This document shows positions 58,364-64,000 of a stretch of DNA of 64,000 nt, one piece after another (within the stretch, counting starts at the first letter, position 1; every line of letters starts with the position of its first letter). The stretch is from Bacteroides sp. Its GTDB lineage: Bacteria; Bacteroidota; Bacteroidia; Bacteroidales; Bacteroidaceae. The translations under genes were made by a program, and so were the position numbers. Under the pieces are notes generated by a model. It saw nothing but the letters and a program-made list of their open reading frames with translations. It searched no databases and was not told where the DNA came from. Location of the stretch: contig JAVBVL010000019.1 in assembly GCA_031554285.1 (NCBI GenBank), forward strand, positions 9,768 to 73,767, given 5' to 3'.

Positions 58364-58485
58364 AATTCTTTTATTGGGTTGTTTTGATATATTTATATGC
58401 AAACATATAAAAAAAAATGACTGATTAGCGAAAAGATGTTTTAAATTATGCGGGGAACTTTGCGGAAAGGTACTGTGTATGGTAG

Positions 58486-58530
58486 TGAAAAGAGAAAGGG
58501 GAAAGAAGCTTGAAGCTCCTTTCCCCTTTC
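58486..58530 (-). terminator. Probable terminator after the ompH genes
   Basis: GAAAGGGGAAAG / CTTTCCCCTTTC stem. Confidence 0.7.
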
Positions 58531-58551
58531 CTTGTACCTGAAATATAGCTC

Positions 58552-59064
58552 TTACTTAATACCCAGGTTAGCTTTTACTTTAGCAGTTAAATCAACGCTC
58601 TGTGTACCTACGTAAGGTATCGGAGTACGGGCAATATCGAATACATATACTGCATTTTCAGCATCACCTACAGCCTTGATAGCCTTATCCAACTTCTGGT
58701 AGATAGGAGCCATCAGGTCGTTTTGAGATTTCTCCATACCTTGTTGAGCTTCCTGTTGGAATTGTTCCTGACGTTGAGCCATTTCGCTCAACTCTTTTTG
58801 ACGACGTTCCAGGATGTTCTGCGGAAGAGAATCTTTCTGTACTGCTTGTTGGAACTCTTGGTATTTTTTGGTGAATTCTTCGTTGATACGTTGAAGTTCG
58901 TCGGTATACTTCTTTTCCAGGGCTTTCAAGTCGTCCATGGCTTTGGTATATTCAGGCATAGCCATGATAACCTCAGAAGAGTTAATGTGACCAAACTTCA
59001 AGGTTTGTGCAAATACGCCCATCGGGAGTACCATTAATAATAAAAGTGCAATTTTCTTAAGCAT
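58552..59064 (-). CDS. ompH: OmpH/Skp chaperone
   Basis: Signal peptide, KFGHIN, coiled coil, YVFD. Confidence 0.93.
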   Translation of the reverse strand: MLKKIALLLLMVLPMGVFAQTLKFGHINSSEVIMAMPEYTKAMDDLKALEKKYTDELQRINEEFTKKYQEFQQAVQKDSLPQNILERRQKELSEMAQRQEQFQQEAQQGMEKSQNDLMAPIYQKLDKAIKAVGDAENAVYVFDIARTPIPYVGTQSVDLTAKVKANLGIK

Positions 59065-59121
59065 AACTTGATTGTTTATTTGATTGATTATTTTCGTTTT
59101 ATCGGATGCAAATGTATGAAA

Positions 59122-59637
59122 TTAATTTGAATATCCTAATTTCGCCAAAACTTCATTGCTGATATCGATGCGCGGAGAGGCAAAAATAACGCTGGTGGCC
59201 GAGGCGCGGTCCACTACTAAAGAGTATCCGTGTTGCTCCGAGAGGGCCTTTACTGCGTTGTAAATCTCATCTTGCAGAGGTTTCATCAGTTCGTCTCTTT
59301 TCTTAGCGAGTTCACCTTCGGGACCAAAGTATTTAATGTACACATCCTTGGCAGCCTTTTCTTTGGCAATAATATCGTCTTCTTTTTTCTTCTTCTGAGC
59401 AGCAGGCAGAGTAGCTACCTCTTTCTCATAGCTTTGGTACAAGGCTTGTACTGCTTTGTTACTTGCTTCTACTTCACTTTGCCATTGCTTGGATAGCTGG
59501 CCCAGTTGCTCGTTGGCGCGTTCGTAAGCCGGAATATTTTTCAGGATATACTCCGTATCAATCAAGGCAAACTTCTGTGCTCCGGCTGTAAGGCTCACTG
59601 CAAACAGCAGGACGATAAATAGTACTGACTTTCTCAT
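59122..59637 (-). CDS. ompH: OmpH/Skp chaperone
   Basis: QKFALIDTEYIL, FGPEGEL and DISNEVL motifs. Confidence 0.93.
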   Translation of the reverse strand: MRKSVLFIVLLFAVSLTAGAQKFALIDTEYILKNIPAYERANEQLGQLSKQWQSEVEASNKAVQALYQSYEKEVATLPAAQKKKKEDDIIAKEKAAKDVYIKYFGPEGELAKKRDELMKPLQDEIYNAVKALSEQHGYSLVVDRASATSVIFASPRIDISNEVLAKLGYSN

Positions 59638-59663
59638 GACATGTTGAATGTTAAGTAATACAT

Positions 59664-62300
59664 TTAGAATTCTTGTCCCAGGATAAAGTGGAAGTGGCTT
59701 CCGCTGGCACTTGTGCTTCCGTTAACTTTGTCGAAACCGTACGCCCAGTCAATACCCATCATACCAATCATAGGCAGGAAGATACGTACACCTACACCGG
59801 CCGAACGTTTCAGGTCGAACGGATTAAAGTTTTTCACTTCTGTCCAGGCATTACCTGCTTCGAGGAATCCCAACATATAAATATTGGTACTTGCCTCTAA
59901 CATCAACGGGTATCTCAGTTCTATGCCCATACGGGAGTATGCGTACCCCGATCCGTATTGTGACAATGAACCGTTATCGTAACCACGCAAGGCAATGGTT
60001 TCTACTGCATAACTTGAGTAACCGGTCATACCGTCGCCACCTACTTCGAACGTTTCAAATGGTGAGCGTTTGTACTTGTTGTAATGTCCCAGCAAACCAA
60101 CTTCAAAGCGGGTCATCAATACGGGGCACTTTACGGCGGTGTTCAAAGCAGTATATGTTTTGGATTTGAATTTCCACTTGTGGTATTCAATCCACTTGTA
60201 TAACTTGTTCTTGTTGGCTGTGGTTATGCTACCGTCTTTCTCATAATAGCTGGCATAATCTTTACCATCAAACAGTGAGTACGGCGGAGTAGCCTGCAGC
60301 GATAACGAGAACTCGGAACCTTGGCGGGGGAAAATCGGGTTGTCCACCGAGTTACGGGCCAACGTAAGGTTCAAACTCAGGTTGTTACAGGTACCATCGG
60401 TTACATAGAAATATGCCCAGTCTTTCAGGATGTATTGTTGGAATCCAAGTTCGGCCGAGATAGTGAAATAGTCATCCGGCCATCTGAGGCGTTTACCCCA
60501 ACCGGCCGAGAGTCCCCACATCTTAAGCGATTTGTCGGGGTCGTAATAGTTCTCGTAGCTGTTGTAGTTTCCTGAATTGTACGAGCCGTATCCGCCATAT
60601 CCACTATACATACTGCTGTAGTAGTTATTATAGTAGCCGCTGTTGTAGTACTGACTGCTAATATCGGTTTGTACCGAGTAGAAAGCCGACAGTGAGAATG
60701 AGTTGGGACGTTTACCTCCGAACCAGGGGTCGAAGAACGAAATACTGTACTGTTGATAGTACTTGGCATTGGTTTGTCCGCTCAGAGTCAACGTTTGTCC
60801 GTCACCTTGCGGCAGAATACCGCGGTAGTTCTTGCCCGGGTGCAATAAGTTGGCTAATGAGAAGTTGGTAAACTTCAAACTCAACTTACCAATGATACCT
60901 GTTTGTCCCCAACCGGCCGAGAATTCTACCTGGTCGTTGGCCTTCGATACAAGGTCATAACCAATATCTACGGTACCGTTCATCGGGTCCGGTTGAATAT
61001 CCGGTTTGATGTTTTCGGGGTCGAAGTGTCCCATCTGTTGTATTTCACGCATGGAACGCATCAAATCGTCTTTGCTGAACAACTGTCCCGGACGGGTACG
61101 CAGCTCACGGCGAACTACATTTTCGTACAAACGGTCGTTACCATTGATTTTAATCCTGTTAATAGTAGCCTGGCGCCCTTCCATGATACGCATTTCCAGG
61201 TCGATAGAGTCGCCTACAATGTTAACTTCCACCGGGTCGAGCATATAGAACAGGTATCCGTTGTTGTAGTACAGGTTACCAATGGCATCATCGTCTGTGG
61301 TGGTACGTTCGGTCAGCAATTTCTGGTTGTACACATCGCCCTTCTTCATACGAAGGATGGCTTGCAGGTAATCGGATGAATACAGGGTATTACCTACCCA
61401 GGTGATGTTACGCAAGTAGTACTTTTCACCTTCTTCCAGTTCAATATATACGTTTACGGTACGGTCGTCAAAGTTTGATACACTGTCTTTAACGATACGG
61501 GCATCGCGATAACCCAACTCGTTGTATTTATCAATAATCAGTTGCTTGTCGGCGTCATAGTTCTCCGGTACGAATTTCTTGGTGCGGAATGTGTTTACCA
61601 ACTTGTTTTTTTCGTTGGTTTTCTTCATTACACGCTTCAATTTGGAGGTTTTCAGTGCCTCGTTGCCTACAAAAGTAATGCTGTTTACCTTAATCTTTTC
61701 CTTCTTGTCAATTTCTACGTCAACGAGTACCTGGTTCTTATTGTCTTTATCATCTTTTTGGGTGATAACTACATCGGCATTCTTAAAGCCTTTATCATCA
61801 AAGTAACGCTTAATCAATGTCTTGGCGCGGTTAATGAGGTTCGGGGTAATCTGGCTTCCCTTTACCAATCCCAACTTGTTCTCCAAGTCTTCACGTTCCG
61901 ACTTCTTTACACCGTGGTAGCGAATATCGGCAATACGCGGACGCTGTGACAGGTGGATGGTAAGCCATATCTTACCGCCTTCAATTTTGTCGGCCGTGAT
62001 ACTTACGTCCGAGAACAAACCGTGCCGCCAGTAGCGTTTAATACCTGCGGTAATTTCGTCACCGGGAACAGAAATTACTTGCCCTACCGATAGGCCCGAT
62101 AATCCGATGAGTACATAATCTTCATAGTTTTCAACACCGGTTACCTTGATGTCGGCAATCTCATATTTTTTTGGAGTTCCCGAATAGAGGATGACCGGCT
62201 TAGAAGATTCGTCTGTGTTGTTATCCTGGGCTATGCTTGTCTGCGCAAAGCAGAACAGGCATAAAAGCGCAATAAGTATGGATGAAGTACGATAATGCAT
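59664..62300 (-). CDS. bamA: Outer membrane protein assembly factor BamA
   Basis: POTRA repeats, IALRGY, C-terminal FILGQEF. Confidence 0.95.
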   Translation of the reverse strand: MHYRTSSILIALLCLFCFAQTSIAQDNNTDESSKPVILYSGTPKKYEIADIKVTGVENYEDYVLIGLSGLSVGQVISVPGDEITAGIKRYWRHGLFSDVSITADKIEGGKIWLTIHLSQRPRIADIRYHGVKKSEREDLENKLGLVKGSQITPNLINRAKTLIKRYFDDKGFKNADVVITQKDDKDNKNQVLVDVEIDKKEKIKVNSITFVGNEALKTSKLKRVMKKTNEKNKLVNTFRTKKFVPENYDADKQLIIDKYNELGYRDARIVKDSVSNFDDRTVNVYIELEEGEKYYLRNITWVGNTLYSSDYLQAILRMKKGDVYNQKLLTERTTTDDDAIGNLYYNNGYLFYMLDPVEVNIVGDSIDLEMRIMEGRQATINRIKINGNDRLYENVVRRELRTRPGQLFSKDDLMRSMREIQQMGHFDPENIKPDIQPDPMNGTVDIGYDLVSKANDQVEFSAGWGQTGIIGKLSLKFTNFSLANLLHPGKNYRGILPQGDGQTLTLSGQTNAKYYQQYSISFFDPWFGGKRPNSFSLSAFYSVQTDISSQYYNSGYYNNYYSSMYSGYGGYGSYNSGNYNSYENYYDPDKSLKMWGLSAGWGKRLRWPDDYFTISAELGFQQYILKDWAYFYVTDGTCNNLSLNLTLARNSVDNPIFPRQGSEFSLSLQATPPYSLFDGKDYASYYEKDGSITTANKNKLYKWIEYHKWKFKSKTYTALNTAVKCPVLMTRFEVGLLGHYNKYKRSPFETFEVGGDGMTGYSSYAVETIALRGYDNGSLSQYGSGYAYSRMGIELRYPLMLEASTNIYMLGFLEAGNAWTEVKNFNPFDLKRSAGVGVRIFLPMIGMMGIDWAYGFDKVNGSTSASGSHFHFILGQEF

Positions 62301-62321
62301 TTATATATGATTAAGTTTTTA

Positions 62322-63056
62322 TTAGCTGATTTGTTCGCTGGTTTTACCAAACCGGCGTTGCCGTCCTTGAAAGTCGCAAATGGCTTTTTGCAATTCTTTC
62401 CCGTCGAAGTCGGGCCAATAGGTTTCGCAAAAATAGAATTCGGTATATGCACACTGCCATAGCAGGTAATTGCTCAAACGTAGTTCGCCGCCGGTACGTA
62501 TCAATAAGTCCGGGTCGGGCATGAAGTTGGTCGTCAAATGCGCGGCTATGGCATCGTCGTCAATTTGTTCGGGGCGTAACTCGCCCTTCTGCACCAAAAC
62601 CGATAGTTGTTTCACGGCTTCGGTAATTTCCCAACGCGATGAATAGCTGAGCGCCAGTACCAGGCACATACCGGTGTTACCGGCTGTATGGTCAATGCAT
62701 GTCTGCAACCGTTCCTGTACATGTGCAGGCAGCTTCTCAATATCGCCAATGGTTCGGAAGCTGATGTTGTTCTTCATCAGTGTTTCTTCCTCTATCGAGT
62801 CGAACAGCAATCCCATCAGGGCAGCCACTTCTTCCGACGGGCGGTTCCAGTTTTCTGTAGAGAACGTGTAAAGAGTAAGGTATTTAACTCCCAACCGGGC
62901 TGCTTCTTCGGCAATGGTATGCACCGTTTCGGCACCGGCCTGATGTCCGCGGGTACGTTCGTATCCTCGTTGTTTGGCCCAACGCCCGTTACCATCCATG
63001 ATTATGGCAATATGCTGTGGTATGCGGTCTCTGTCTAATTGATCTTTATACGGCAT
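62322..63056 (-). CDS. uppS: Undecaprenyl diphosphate synthase
   Basis: [22 protein letters not shown] and [15 protein letters not shown] motifs. Confidence 0.97.
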   Translation of the reverse strand: MPYKDQLDRDRIPQHIAIIMDGNGRWAKQRGYERTRGHQAGAETVHTIAEEAARLGVKYLTLYTFSTENWNRPSEEVAALMGLLFDSIEEETLMKNNISFRTIGDIEKLPAHVQERLQTCIDHTAGNTGMCLVLALSYSSRWEITEAVKQLSVLVQKGELRPEQIDDDAIAAHLTTNFMPDPDLLIRTGGELRLSNYLLWQCAYTEFYFCETYWPDFDGKELQKAICDFQGRQRRFGKTSEQIS

Positions 63057-63086
63057 TGTTTTCGTTATTACAAAATGCGTTGATAA

Positions 63087-64000
63087 TTAATCTGCCACAT
63101 AGTTAGCGAAACTCAACTTGTTCAGTCGGGCGCGCCATACATCGTCTGTACCGGTAGTTAGTTGATTACCATCCAGCTCATTGTTGCTACAGGTAATCCA
63201 AATAAAGTTATTATCATCTACCACGGCCGAATAGAATCCACCCTTGCGGGCTGTCATTGCTTGCGGGAAATAGAACTTACCGGCAGTTTCATACCAAGTA
63301 ATACCTGTGGGTGAGTAGTAGAAAGCGTCAAAAGCATTACCAAACGCATAAAACTGAGAATTGTAACGAATCATGGTTGGGTAAACCAAAGCAGGGCAAG
63401 GATAAGCTGTTACGCTAACATCGGCCCATGATGTTCCGTTGTACGACCCCCAGGGGATGGTATTGTTAGTCACCTCTGACATATCCCCGGTTACGCTTCC
63501 TACCAACATGGCACCTAATATACCTGTACTGGAGGTGTAGGTGTTAGCATAGAGGTTATATAGCGGGAAGTCTGTAGGAACCTGATCGCCTGCAACCCAT
63601 GTGCTTGCAGTTGCATCGGTCATGGCAAATACGGTAGAACCTGCTTGTTTCACAATGCCGGATATACCGATGGTGCCGTGTAGGTTGCCACCGTTTACAG
63701 TGGTATAAGCTACTAATAAAGTTACTACCGGGTTGGCGTTCAAAGTAGGATGCAAGCTCCAATCAACACCATTGGGCGAATAATAAACAGCCTCTGCGGC
63801 AACCGCATACAATTGGTTGTTAAATACCAGGATGCTCGATAAGTCTACCGTAGCAGGCAGCCCGGTAACTGTGGCTAAAGCAGTCCAGTTGGTACCCTTA
63901 GCCGGTTGGGTGGGTACGGCGGCATCTTTGGTGGGAGTTTTATATCCGATAACCTGGTTGTTTGCAATGGAGAAAACAATCAGGTCGTTGTTCAGTATAA
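63087..64000 (-). CDS. Hypothetical protein, probably DUF6242 family; 5' end outside the window
   Basis: Frame stays open from 63812 to the window end; S.xG..W repeats; C-terminal VWRARLNKLSF; lies upstream of uppS. Confidence 0.65.
   Translation of the reverse strand, partial: ILNNDLIVFSIANNQVIGYKTPTKDAAVPTQPAKGTNWTALATVTGLPATVDLSSILVFNNQLYAVAAEAVYYSPNGVDWSLHPTLNANPVVTLLVAYTTVNGGNLHGTIGISGIVKQAGSTVFAMTDATASTWVAGDQVPTDFPLYNLYANTYTSSTGILGAMLVGSVTGDMSEVTNNTIPWGSYNGTSWADVSVTAYPCPALVYPTMIRYNSQFYAFGNAFDAFYYSPTGITWYETAGKFYFPQAMTARKGGFYSAVVDDNNFIWITCSNNELDGNQLTTGTDDVWRARLNKLSFANYVAD

Overview
64-kb chromosomal segment from a Bacteroides-like organism (Bacteroidales). The assignment rests on TAnnTTTG promoters, a SusC/SusD pair and Bacteroides-type housekeeping gene order. 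All product calls come from motif recognition, not database searches. The first ~22 kb is a peptidoglycan/MurNAc salvage locus organised like a PUL. Its leftward operon holds two NamZ/GH171 muramidases, a Na+:solute symporter, an amidase-like 'xanthan lyase', a phosphoesterase-beta-propeller, a GT2, a DUF4922 HIT-like protein, SpoIID/LytB, AmpG and an FAD-linked D-lactate dehydrogenase-like gene. Divergent from it are a MurK/BadF-like kinase and susCD. The rest is mostly core genes (asd, murF, folP, cdaA, pta-ackA, lpxH, efp, rpmH, ddl, argF', proBA, murI, ompH x2, bamA, uppS) with a few apparently inserted lipoprotein or Fe-S genes. The main non-coding signal is a dispersed intergenic repeat family: an ATTCGCCAT block plus ~21-22-bp-period GAAAC-N5-GTTTC arrays whose spacers pair with each other. 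It occurs in full at ~15.0 and ~55.1 kb and in partial or divergent form at ~30.6 and ~46.6 kb. There is also a candidate ~65-nt sRNA, a perfect 36-bp palindrome and a nested REP/REPIN-like element. No rRNA, tRNA, CRISPR array, transposase or prophage was seen.
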